29,724 nt of DNA from a virus. The DNA lies in IMG/VR virus record IMGVR_UViG_3300045988_154091, positions 1 to 29,724 of that record; one strand, 5' to 3'. The position numbers and the translations under genes were made by a program. Positions 1-7,750 of the stretch are shown here, in pieces (within the stretch, counting starts at the first letter, position 1; each line of letters begins with the position of its first letter). The notes under the pieces are model-generated. The model ran no database searches. It worked only from the letters and a program-made list of their open reading frames with translations, and was not told where the DNA came from.

Positions 1-144
1 ATCAGGAAGGCGGTAGGCTAATGAGGGTCTACAAGCGCGACAGATGCGGGAAGTTCTTCAAGCGTGATGAACTGATGGTGATGACAGCGCCGATTCTTCC
101 TGTCTACTTCAACTTCAGGATTAAACGGCACGTCTGCGGCGATT
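1..144. repeat. Terminal direct repeat, identical to 29581-29724; circularisation overlap or terminal redundancy
   Basis: By eye the sequence at the window start (atcaggaaggcggtaggctaatgagggtctacaagcgcgacag...) is identical to the window end. Confidence 0.9.
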
Positions 145-191
145 GCGCAAGTGACTTCAAACGTTGGTGGGGCTCTCTCACCAACGTTTGA
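21..191 (+). CDS. Small Cys/His-containing hypothetical protein (56 aa) spanning the circular junction
   Basis: ATG at 21 (equal to 29604, overlapping the TAA of the upstream ORF as taATG) runs open to TGA at 189-191. Sequence MRVYKRDRCGKFFKRDELMVMTAPILPVYFNFRIKRHVCGDCASDFKRWWGSLTNV. It falls below the 60-aa cut-off of the ORF track. Confidence 0.35.
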   Translation: MRVYKRDRCGKFFKRDELMVMTAPILPVYFNFRIKRHVCGDCASDFKRWWGSLTNV

Positions 192-239
192 AATTACTGC
201 GAAGTTACTGCGAAATTACTGCGAAATTACTGCGAAAGG
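190..239. repeat. 4.5 tandem copies of an 11-bp repeat GAA(A/G)TTACTGC (iteron-like)
   Basis: gaaattactgc gaagttactgc gaaattactgc gaaattactgc gaaagg is seen directly. The 11-bp period is one helical turn, so the sites would lie on one face of the DNA. Confidence 0.8.
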
Positions 240-249
240 TGGTGGACGA

Positions 250-420
250 ATGAGCCTAACGTTTTACCTGATGCTGCTCGCCGCCCTCGCGCTTTCCGTC
301 GTGCTGCTGGCGGCCCTGGCGATCTACTGGCATGCGGAAGCGAGGGACTGGGCGCAGATCGCCATGCTGGCGATCGATGCCGGGGAGGACCTGGCGCGGG
401 ATAGGAACGGCAAGCGGTGA
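250..420 (+). CDS. Small membrane protein (one TM helix)
   Basis: ATG at 250 in frame with ORF 151..420. Hydrophobic stretch LTFYLMLLAALALSVVLLAALAIYW. The 5' extension of the ORF overlaps the repeat array. Confidence 0.45.
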   Translation: MSLTFYLMLLAALALSVVLLAALAIYWHAEARDWAQIAMLAIDAGEDLARDRNGKR

Positions 421-698
421 GGTGCACGGTGGACTGCCCAGCCCGCGGCAACTGCCTGGACGAGCTGCAAGCGGAATGCTGTGCGGTGTTCCGCGCCAAC
501 AGCAACGCGGGTGCCGTCCGCATAGACAAGGCGGCGCAGTGCAGGGAGCGCGATGCCCGCAAGAAGGACGCTGCAAAGCCCATACCGGAGGCGGCTTACA
601 TGCAGCGCGTGAAGGCGATAGCCGAGACCATGCCGCCATGGCTGGCAAGGGCTTACACGGCAAGCCGCCGCGAGGCGGCAGGGATAAGGGAGCTTTAG
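417..698 (+). CDS. Hypothetical Cys-rich protein
   Basis: ORF 417..698 with GTG start overlapping the upstream stop. N-terminus CTVDCPARGNCLDELQAECC. No recognisable family. Confidence 0.4.
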   Translation: MRCTVDCPARGNCLDELQAECCAVFRANSNAGAVRIDKAAQCRERDARKKDAAKPIPEAAYMQRVKAIAETMPPWLARAYTASRREAAGIREL

Positions 699-700
699 GA

Positions 701-865
701 ATGGACAACGAGACCATAAGCGAGCTTGCAGCCCATGCGCTGAGGGTGATAGCGGCGGTAACCGTCTGCGCATGCGCCGCGATAGCGGGGTGCGCGGTTG
801 CCATGACCGTGCTCGTTTACGCGGTGAAGGCGTTTGCCTGGGCGGTTGGCATAACGCCCGCATAG
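701..865 (+). CDS. Small membrane protein
   Basis: ATG at 701 in frame with ORF 332..865. Hydrophobic AAVTVCACAAIAGCAVAMTVLVYAV. Confidence 0.35.
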   Translation: MDNETISELAAHALRVIAAVTVCACAAIAGCAVAMTVLVYAVKAFAWAVGITPA

Positions 866-877
866 ACAGGCGATTAC

Positions 878-907
878 ATTAGGCGGTGGCTACGGCTGCC
901 GCCTTTT
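878..907 (+). terminator. Rho-independent terminator
   Basis: ggcggtggc-tacg-gctgccgcc hairpin (9-bp stem with two G-U pairs) followed by seven T residues. Confidence 0.7.
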
Positions 908-939
908 TTTGCGTGTGACGGCACCAAGACAATGGGAGC

Positions 940-2595
940 ATGTCGAAGGAGAAATGCACAGAGGATTTCATCGCCAACGCGGTGAAGCTGATGAACAGCG
1001 GGGCGCAGGGCAAGGACATCGCCCTGGCCCTCGGCGTGCGCGCCTCAACCCTCTCGACCTGGCTCAACCACCCGAGGACGGACAACCAGAAGAAACTGTC
1101 CGAAGCGATGAAAAAAGCCGAGGTGAACCGCACCACCGCGATGATCAACGCCGTCATGAAGGCTGGCATGACCAAGGACTGGAAGGCCGCGGCCTGGTGG
1201 CTGGAGCGCAACAAGCCGATGGAGTACAGCCTTAGCAACGCCCGCATGCAGCGCCTTATAGAGCAGCACGAGGCCGAGAACCCGCGCCCTGTGCTGGACA
1301 CCGCGCAGCTGGTTCCCCCGGTCTACTGGGACGTTTGGCGCGACATCATGCAGGGCGGGCACTCCACCTACGAGGCGCGCGGCGGGCGCGGCGGCCTGAA
1401 AACATCCATGTTCACGCTGGCTGCGGTGATGCTGATGCTGAACGACCCCAAGATGTGCGGCGTGGGCTTCCGACAGGTTAGCGCCACGATCAGAGACTCC
1501 ATCATGGCGGCCTTCATCAGCAGCATCCGCCGCCTTGGGGTTGAGCACGACTTCACCTGGACCTTCAACCCGATGGAGATCACGCGCAAGAGCACGGGCC
1601 AGGTGGTCATGTTCCGCGGCTTGGACGACCCAGAGAAGACGAAGTCGCTTCAGCTCCGCGACCCCGACATGTACATCGGGTTCGCGGTTTGGGAGGAGTT
1701 CAACCAGTTCAAGGGGATGGCACCCGTTCGCAAGGCCGAGCAGACCGTCAAGCGCGGCGCTGCGCCTCTGTTCCGAACCTTCCGAATGTGGAACACGCAT
1801 CCCGACTGCGAGCACTGGAGCAACGCCCATTTCGAGGAATCCCTGGAGGATCCCGACACCTACGCGCTGCAGGTCAACTACGACCAGGTTCCGCCAGAGT
1901 GGCTTGGCGAGGGCTTCCTGAAGGACGCGGCAAAGCTCAAAGCCGCCAGCCCCGAAGCCTACGACAACGAGTACATGGGCAAGACCACCAAGCTCACTGG
2001 CCGCGTGTTCGGCAACGTCGAGGACAGGGAGCTGGCACCTGGCGAGGAGCGCGGCTTCAAGTGGGTGCGCAACGGCATCGACTGGGGCTTCATGCAGGAC
2101 CCGTTCGTGTTCCTGCGTGTGGCGTACGACCGCAAGGCAGACGAGCTGTTCATCTTCGACGAGCTGTACAACACCGAGGTCCTGGACGCGCCGAACATCG
2201 CCGAGGTGCGGCGCAGGCTGGCGGAGCGGGACGCGCAGGGAAACATCCGCCTTGATTCCGATGGCGACCCCGTGATGCTGCGCAACAAGCCGGAGAACGA
2301 GATCCGCGCCGACGCCGCCGCCCCGAAGGACATAGCCACGTGGGCGAACGACGGCATGCGGATCATCGGGGCCTCCAAGCGGATTCCCGTTGCCGACGGC
2401 ATCCAGTGGCTGCGCAAGCGCCGCCGCATATGCATCGACCGCAAGCGCTGCCCGTTGGCATGGGCGGAGTTCACTCGGTACCGCGCCATGGAGGACGAGG
2501 AAGGCCGCTTCCAGGGCTTCCCCGACAAGGACAACCACGCGATCGATGCCGTGCGCTACGCGGCCTTCGACCTGATAAACGACCCGAGCCTGTAG
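940..2595 (+). CDS. terL: Terminase large subunit with fused N-terminal TerS-like HTH domain
   Basis: 551 aa. P-loop-like RGGRGGLKTS, Walker B-like IGFAVWEEF, and a C-terminal nuclease-like region (IDWGFMQDPFVFLRV...ELFIFDELY). The first ~95 aa (ALALGVRASTLSTWL...DWKAAAWWLERNKP) resemble small-terminase HTH domains. Confidence 0.8.
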   Translation: MSKEKCTEDFIANAVKLMNSGAQGKDIALALGVRASTLSTWLNHPRTDNQKKLSEAMKKAEVNRTTAMINAVMKAGMTKDWKAAAWWLERNKPMEYSLSNARMQRLIEQHEAENPRPVLDTAQLVPPVYWDVWRDIMQGGHSTYEARGGRGGLKTSMFTLAAVMLMLNDPKMCGVGFRQVSATIRDSIMAAFISSIRRLGVEHDFTWTFNPMEITRKSTGQVVMFRGLDDPEKTKSLQLRDPDMYIGFAVWEEFNQFKGMAPVRKAEQTVKRGAAPLFRTFRMWNTHPDCEHWSNAHFEESLEDPDTYALQVNYDQVPPEWLGEGFLKDAAKLKAASPEAYDNEYMGKTTKLTGRVFGNVEDRELAPGEERGFKWVRNGIDWGFMQDPFVFLRVAYDRKADELFIFDELYNTEVLDAPNIAEVRRRLAERDAQGNIRLDSDGDPVMLRNKPENEIRADAAAPKDIATWANDGMRIIGASKRIPVADGIQWLRKRRRICIDRKRCPLAWAEFTRYRAMEDEEGRFQGFPDKDNHAIDAVRYAAFDLINDPSL

Positions 2596-2601
2596 GAGGG
2601 C

Positions 2602-4032
2602 ATGCGAATGAAAGACCTGAACGCCAACGCGACGAAGTGGCTGGAATCGATCGGCTACCCAGCAGCATCGCTCACCACGCCGATGGAGGGCAAGGTGCTG
2701 GAGTGGTGGGGGTACTTCATGCAGTCCGCCAGCTTCTACACGCGAGAGGAGAAGGACGAGCACGGCGCAACCAACAAGGTGAAGGTGCGCTCCTGCACGC
2801 CAGCCGACATGGTGTGCAGCGACATGGCGGCGCTTTTGTACAACGAGAAGGCGAGCATCAGCGTGCCGTCAGGCGATGCCATGGCGGAAGCGTGGCTCGC
2901 CTCCTGGCTCGATTCCTGCAACTGGCACAACACTGCCCCGCTGGCGCTGAAGCGCATGTGCGCGACGGGCACGGCGGCCTGGGCGCTGCACATCGAGGGG
3001 GCCAACCGCGTGGGCCAGTCCGACAGGCTGCGCGTGACCCCCGTGCGCTACGATGCTCGCAGCATCATCCCGCTTCGATGGGACGGCGTTCGGTGCTCCG
3101 ACTGCGCGTTCATCGGCACCATGTGGCTGAAGGGAGTCCGCTGCACGCAGATAGAGGTTCACCGACCAGACGCCGCAACGGGAAGCTACCAGGTGTTCTG
3201 CGCCTTCTTCGACGACAAGGGCGAGCAGTTCGAGCCAGGCGGGTTCCTGCAGGCCACCGAGGCGCTGGACACCAAGCAGCCGAAGCCCACCTTCCAGCTG
3301 ATCCGCCTGGCGGACGACAACCCGTACTGGGACTACTCCCCCATGGGAGTTTCGCTGTTCGACAAGGCCATAGACGCCATCGAGACGGTGGATCTGGCGT
3401 TCGACAGCATCGGCAACGACCTGTTCCTGGGCCGCAAGATGGTCATACTCCCCGAGAACATGCTGCACCGCAACGAGGCGGGGCGCTTGGAGATCCCCCA
3501 CATGAACGGCCAGCAGTTCTTCGTGGCAACGGAATCGAACGTGTACGACGGCAACGCCGCCATCTTCGAGTACAACCCATCGCTTAGAGCAGAGGAAAAC
3601 CGCCAGATGCTTGCCACCGCTTTGCAGGTGCTGGGCAAGCGCATCGGCTTCGGCACCAAGGCGTACGCCCTGGACGCGTCGGGCAGCATCACCACCGCCA
3701 AGGAGGTTGCATCGGACAACGCCGAGATGATGCGCACCGTTCGCCGCCACGAGCACGTAATAGAGCCCGCCATATCAGACATCATCGAGGCCGCCGCCAA
3801 CATCTGCCGCACTCTCGGGACCGCTGCGCTCCCCGACATGACGGGCCAGGTGCAGGTCGTCATGGGCGACAACATCATGGACGACGACGACACCCTGCGC
3901 GAGCGCGACCGCGCCGACGTTGCGGCGGGGCTTCTGGAGCCGTGGCGCTACATGGTGCGCTGGCAGGGCTACACCGAGGAGGACGCAAAGGCCGCGACCG
4001 ACGCGGCGGCTGGCGTTCCCTACGAGGCTTAG
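2602..4032 (+). CDS. Portal protein
   Basis: 476 aa, immediately downstream of terL and upstream of the MuF-like gene. RBS gtaggaggg at 2593-2601. A start at the second ATG (2608) is also possible. Confidence 0.65.
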   Translation: MRMKDLNANATKWLESIGYPAASLTTPMEGKVLEWWGYFMQSASFYTREEKDEHGATNKVKVRSCTPADMVCSDMAALLYNEKASISVPSGDAMAEAWLASWLDSCNWHNTAPLALKRMCATGTAAWALHIEGANRVGQSDRLRVTPVRYDARSIIPLRWDGVRCSDCAFIGTMWLKGVRCTQIEVHRPDAATGSYQVFCAFFDDKGEQFEPGGFLQATEALDTKQPKPTFQLIRLADDNPYWDYSPMGVSLFDKAIDAIETVDLAFDSIGNDLFLGRKMVILPENMLHRNEAGRLEIPHMNGQQFFVATESNVYDGNAAIFEYNPSLRAEENRQMLATALQVLGKRIGFGTKAYALDASGSITTAKEVASDNAEMMRTVRRHEHVIEPAISDIIEAAANICRTLGTAALPDMTGQVQVVMGDNIMDDDDTLRERDRADVAAGLLEPWRYMVRWQGYTEEDAKAATDAAAGVPYEA

Positions 4033-4034
4033 CC

Positions 4035-5861
4035 GTGGCGCTCTCCGAAGCAGACATCGACAAGGCCGTGGAAGCCGTCCTGCACGGCGCGGAGGAGCGC
4101 TACGCGGGCGAGCTGGCTGACATAACCGCGGAGCTTGCCAAGCGGGCGGCAGATGGCGGCTGGGACGCTTCCGAGCTTGCACAGCTCGCCGCCGAGTTCG
4201 AGCAACGAGCAAGCGAGGTGACCGCCGCATACGCGCAAAACATCCGCAGCGAAGCCCAGGAAACCGTGTCGGATGCCGTCGCCGAATCAGCCATAGCCGA
4301 GTTGGCGATGCTCGCGGCCCTCACAGCCGCGCACAAGGCAGCCAGCAAGTCCAGGAACGGCGCAGCAGCCGCGATAGGGTACGCCGCCAGTGCCAATGCC
4401 CCGAGGCTCGACGAAGCCGCGCAGAAGGCGGCAGAGAAGCGCGTGCGGGACATCGCCGGCTACGCAGCCAAGGGCGTTTCCGATGCCCTGGCGCGCCAGA
4501 ACCTCTCGATGACGGCGACCGCCGCGAAGGCTTGGCGGGAAGCCGCAGCCAAGGCGGCGCTTGACAGCCTGGCTGGGAACCTCCCGCAAGACGCGGCGAT
4601 AGAGCGCGCATACCGCGAGCTTGGCAACGTGCTGCGCGTGCAGCACGCCAGCGGCCGCCGCGATTCGGTTGACGTGGCGCTTCGCCGAATGATGGCAACC
4701 GAGCTTAGCCAGGCAAGCGGCAGGGCGACGCTCGCCAACCTGGACGCCGCTGGATGGCAGCTCGCCCACACCGATGCCCACTACGGGGCAAGGCCCAGCC
4801 ACGCGGAGTGGCAGGGCAGGCCGTTCGGCGTGAACGGCCCCGTTGTCGTCGACGGCGTGGAGTACCCGGGCATGGCGGAGCTGACGGGATACGGCACCGC
4901 CACGGGGCTGAAGGGCGTCAACTGCCGCCACACCATCGAGGTATACGTTCCTGGGGAGACCGAGCCGCCAGACACCGAGTTCAAGGAGGATTCGGCGCTG
5001 CACAACGGCATGACCTCGGAGGAGTACTACCAGGCCGTGCAGGGGCAGCGGGCGCTTGAACGTGCTGTTCGCGGCACGCGCTACCAGGTGGCAATGATGG
5101 AGAAGATGGGCATGGGGCTGGAGCACCCGTCCTACGTGCAGAAGCGCCTGGAGCTTGGCAACTGGCAGGCCAAGCTCGCCAAGCACTGCAAGGCCAACAA
5201 CCTCACGCGCATACCGAGCCGCGAGCAGGCTTACGGCATCGGGAAGCAGCCGCGTGGGCTGACTGGGCGGAAATGGAGCGAATCCGAAAAGGGAATATCG
5301 GGGAAGACGATGAAATCGGAGGGCGCGAAGGTTGACCTCGATTACATCAAATCGCCCGAGTACAGGAAGAAGTTCGAAGGGCTAACACCGTACCGAAACG
5401 TCAACATGGAGCTTCACAAGTGCGCCGTTGCCGCGCTGACGCATAGGAACGGAACCACATACGAAGACCTTTACCTCGTTTCCATCGAAGACGGAAAGGT
5501 GAAGGCGAAGAACACCAGCAGCAAAACGCATTTATCGGTCGGGGCAACCAGCACGATAAACAAGGCGGTAGAGGATAACCGCGGGATGCTCATCGGCCTG
5601 CACAACCACCCGAGCAACGTTCCGCCAAGCGGCGCAGACTTTGCTGCATCTGGCTACAGGGATTATGCGTTTGGCCTGGTTGTTCTGCACAACGGCGAAG
5701 TCTACAAATACAAGCATGGAAACATTCCGTTCCTGGCGAGGGGATTCGACGACTGCGTGGAGCGGCAACGGCAGAAAGGGTACAATGAGAAAGAGGCGTT
5801 CGAAATCGCCATGAAAGAGTACAGCGACAGGTTCGGCATCACATGGGAAAAGATTCAGTAG
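4035..5861 (+). CDS. MuF-like minor head (head morphogenesis) protein with C-terminal RadC-like JAB domain
   Basis: GTG start at 4035, in frame with ORF 3942..5861, right after the portal stop. The central region carries a Phage_Mu_F-like motif (AHTDAHYGARPSHAEWQGRPF...GVNCRHTIEVYVP). The C-terminal ~200 aa carry a RadC/JAB signature (LIGLHNHPSNVPPSGADF ... GLVVLHNGEVYKY). GC drops to about 50% after ~5270. Confidence 0.6.
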   Translation: MALSEADIDKAVEAVLHGAEERYAGELADITAELAKRAADGGWDASELAQLAAEFEQRASEVTAAYAQNIRSEAQETVSDAVAESAIAELAMLAALTAAHKAASKSRNGAAAAIGYAASANAPRLDEAAQKAAEKRVRDIAGYAAKGVSDALARQNLSMTATAAKAWREAAAKAALDSLAGNLPQDAAIERAYRELGNVLRVQHASGRRDSVDVALRRMMATELSQASGRATLANLDAAGWQLAHTDAHYGARPSHAEWQGRPFGVNGPVVVDGVEYPGMAELTGYGTATGLKGVNCRHTIEVYVPGETEPPDTEFKEDSALHNGMTSEEYYQAVQGQRALERAVRGTRYQVAMMEKMGMGLEHPSYVQKRLELGNWQAKLAKHCKANNLTRIPSREQAYGIGKQPRGLTGRKWSESEKGISGKTMKSEGAKVDLDYIKSPEYRKKFEGLTPYRNVNMELHKCAVAALTHRNGTTYEDLYLVSIEDGKVKAKNTSSKTHLSVGATSTINKAVEDNRGMLIGLHNHPSNVPPSGADFAASGYRDYAFGLVVLHNGEVYKYKHGNIPFLARGFDDCVERQRQKGYNEKEAFEIAMKEYSDRFGITWEKIQ

Positions 5862-6043
5862 CAGAGAAACCGTCTTGGTGGGATTCGCTAACGTGCGGAG
5901 AGAAGCTTCGCGCGTTCGATGCGCCGCCTTCCTGGAGGTTTGAGGACCTGACCCCAGAGCAGAGGGAAGAGATCTCTTCGGCCCTCTTTCAGCCTGCCGA
6001 TGAATGGGAGAACCCCGAGGAGTTGTTCAAAGAGTATGCGTAG
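5843..6043 (+). CDS. Small acidic hypothetical protein; candidate immunity/partner of the MuF C-terminal domain
   Basis: 66-aa ORF that overlaps the 3' end of the MuF gene by 19 nt. No recognisable family. Confidence 0.3.
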   Translation: MGKDSVAEKPSWWDSLTCGEKLRAFDAPPSWRFEDLTPEQREEISSALFQPADEWENPEELFKEYA

Positions 6044-6407
6044 GGACATGGACATAGTCCGCGACCTGCTGAAGCTCTCGGCAGCCACCAGCGCCCCGCG
6101 CGTCGATGCCTATTCCCTGGCAAGCCCATCGCGCTCGCGCGAGCTAATCGCCTACCATGTGCGCATCATGACGCAGGCTGGTTTGGTTGACAGCTACGTG
6201 AAGCCAGACGACCAGCCAGCCCCGGCATCGTGCTTCATAAAGTCGCTCACCTGGGAAGGAAACGACTTCCTTGATTCAGTGGAATCCGACACCGTTTGGA
6301 GCAAGGTGAAGGCAAGGCTCGCCGAGAACGTCGGGAGCGCCAGCTTCGACGTGATAAAGGCCGTTGCGAAGTCCGTTCTGCTGACGCAGCTAGGGCTGAT
6401 CATGTAA
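6036..6407 (+). CDS. DUF2513-family protein (wHTH-like phage protein)
   Basis: Start MRRDMDIVRDLLKL. The LTWEGNDFLD motif is typical of DUF2513. The family call rests on the DUF2513/YjcQ motifs as I recall them. Confidence 0.5.
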   Translation: MRRDMDIVRDLLKLSAATSAPRVDAYSLASPSRSRELIAYHVRIMTQAGLVDSYVKPDDQPAPASCFIKSLTWEGNDFLDSVESDTVWSKVKARLAENVGSASFDVIKAVAKSVLLTQLGLIM

Positions 6408-6419
6408 CCAGAAAACGTA

Positions 6420-6450
6420 ACGGAACCCCGCTTCGGCGGGGTTTTCCTTT
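6420..6450 (+). terminator. Rho-independent terminator
   Basis: ccccgc-ttcg-gcgggg hairpin followed by ttttcctttt. Confidence 0.65.
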
Positions 6451-6506
6451 TCCTGTGACGCGCCCCGTATCCTTTCGGTACACCAACCAACGAAAGGAGA
6501 ATCACC

Positions 6507-6851
6507 ATGGGAAAACTGACACCATCCAAAGAGCTGCGCACCGTGTACAAGGTGCTGAAGCGCATCCATGCGGCCGAGCAGCTGGAGGAGACCGACCCGG
6601 GCATGTTCGCGCCCGAGGTTTTCGACATCGATGCAGCGCAGCGCGACAGGATCATGGCGATGCTGCAGGCCGAGGGGCTTATCAACGGAGTCATCGTGCG
6701 CAAGTACGTGGGCCAGCGCCGCGAAACCGTGCTGATCGACTGGCAGGCTCTGGAAGTCACGCTGAGGGGCCTGCAGTACCTGGAGGAGAACAGCGCCATG
6801 CGCAGGGCCGCAGATGAAGCCAAGGGCATCGTGGGCGCGATCCGCCCGTAG
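6507..6851 (+). CDS. YjcQ-like phage protein (paralogue 1)
   Basis: 114 aa. RBS aaaggaga. The pattern ...MLQAEGLINGVIVRKYVGQ...LRGLQYLEENS resembles the YjcQ family. Confidence 0.5.
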   Translation: MGKLTPSKELRTVYKVLKRIHAAEQLEETDPGMFAPEVFDIDAAQRDRIMAMLQAEGLINGVIVRKYVGQRRETVLIDWQALEVTLRGLQYLEENSAMRRAADEAKGIVGAIRP

Positions 6852-6883
6852 CAGCACGAGACAGCCAAGCGAAAGGAACCGAG

Positions 6884-7255
6884 ATGGGCGCTGACCTCAA
6901 CACCGTTCTGTACAAGATCCTGCGATATGCGAACAAATGCCTGGAAGAGGGCGTGGAGCCCGATTTGGGAATCATGCGCGAGGTTGCCGACACCAACGAG
7001 CTGATGTTCTCCACGGCCTTGGAGCAGGCTTCGAAGCTCGGGCTGCTGGAGGGCGTTGTCGTGCGCAACTACGTGAGCGGCAACGGCAAGCCAGTCGTCT
7101 TCTCCCGGCACATGCACATCACCGTGGACGGCACCACGTACCTGGACGACAACTCCAAGATGAGGGAGGTGGCTGGCATCATGTCGGGAGTGTTCGAATC
7201 TTCCCTCTCCGGCTTCGTGTCCAACACCATCCTCCTGTCGATGGGAATCAGCTAG
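6884..7255 (+). CDS. YjcQ-like phage protein (paralogue 2)
   Basis: 123 aa. RBS aaaggaaccgag. A clear paralogue of 6507..6851 (LYKILRYA..., KLGLLEGVVVRNYVSG..., TTYLDDNS). Confidence 0.5.
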   Translation: MGADLNTVLYKILRYANKCLEEGVEPDLGIMREVADTNELMFSTALEQASKLGLLEGVVVRNYVSGNGKPVVFSRHMHITVDGTTYLDDNSKMREVAGIMSGVFESSLSGFVSNTILLSMGIS

Positions 7256-7451
7256 AGCCCGCCGAAAGTCCCCGAAACCGTCGCTCTCGCGTCCGTTTTT
7301 GCGGCTTGAACGCGTTTTTCGGGGCTGGAGTTGCACGTTTTGGGGCGTTTCGGGAAACGCGTAGGTACTTAATAAGCTCTTGGAAACTACCCAAATCCAC
7401 GTTGAACTACGCTTAATTGCGGAGAACCGCCGTTTCATTTCCTGAATGCTA

Positions 7452-7480
7452 TTGCGCGATTTCCCACAGTATACTATATT
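7452..7480 (+). promoter_or_regulatory. Candidate sigma70-like promoter for the low-GC cassette
   Basis: TTGCGC, 17-nt spacer, TATATT in an AT-rich intergenic region upstream of the RBS gaaggagg. Confidence 0.3.
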
Positions 7481-7507
7481 TCTTCATATAGTGAAGGAGG
7501 TGAAATC

Positions 7508-7690
7508 GTGTACTACCCAGCCAATAAGCGCTACGCGAAAAACAAGCTAGTGCGGGCAACTGCAAGCTTCAGCAGAATCAGCGATCCAGAAATATGCAAA
7601 TGGCTTGAGAGCAAAGACAACAAGTCCGGATACGTCAAGGAACTAATCAGGGCTGATTATGAGAAGCACAAAAAGCAAGAAGAAAACTAA
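7508..7690 (+). CDS. Small basic hypothetical protein (low GC; possible RHH/DNA-binding)
   Basis: GTG start 7 nt after the RBS gaaggagg. About 38% GC against about 64% for the genome. Lys-rich. Confidence 0.45.
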   Translation: MYYPANKRYAKNKLVRATASFSRISDPEICKWLESKDNKSGYVKELIRADYEKHKKQEEN

Positions 7691-7750
7691 AAGGTGCCCC
7701 CGCCCAATCCGAACAAAGATTACAGGGGCACCCAGAAAGGAGGTTGCATA

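Noticed and set aside
190-239. CRISPR array.
   Set aside because: The repeats are 11 bp, contiguous and without spacers. No CRISPR-like repeat-spacer structure exists anywhere in the window.
151-249. N-terminal extension of ORF 151-420.
   Set aside because: It overlaps the junction ORF and the iteron array. The internal ATG at 250 gives a compact membrane protein.
1045-2763. Long minus-strand ORF (572 aa) antisense to the terminase gene. Similar long antisense ORFs occur at 6194-7438, 8000-8926, 13174-14400, 14640-16046, 16992-17909 and 25524-26591.
   Set aside because: High-GC genomes generate long spurious antisense ORFs. In every case the sense-strand ORF has recognisable phage domains, an RBS and synteny. 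The antisense products are Arg/Ala/Pro-rich low-complexity sequences.
3942-4034. 5' extension of the MuF-like ORF (ATG at 3942) overlapping the portal gene by about 90 nt.
   Set aside because: The portal ORF is continuous to 4032. A GTG at 4035 directly after the portal stop gives a non-overlapping, translationally coupled start.
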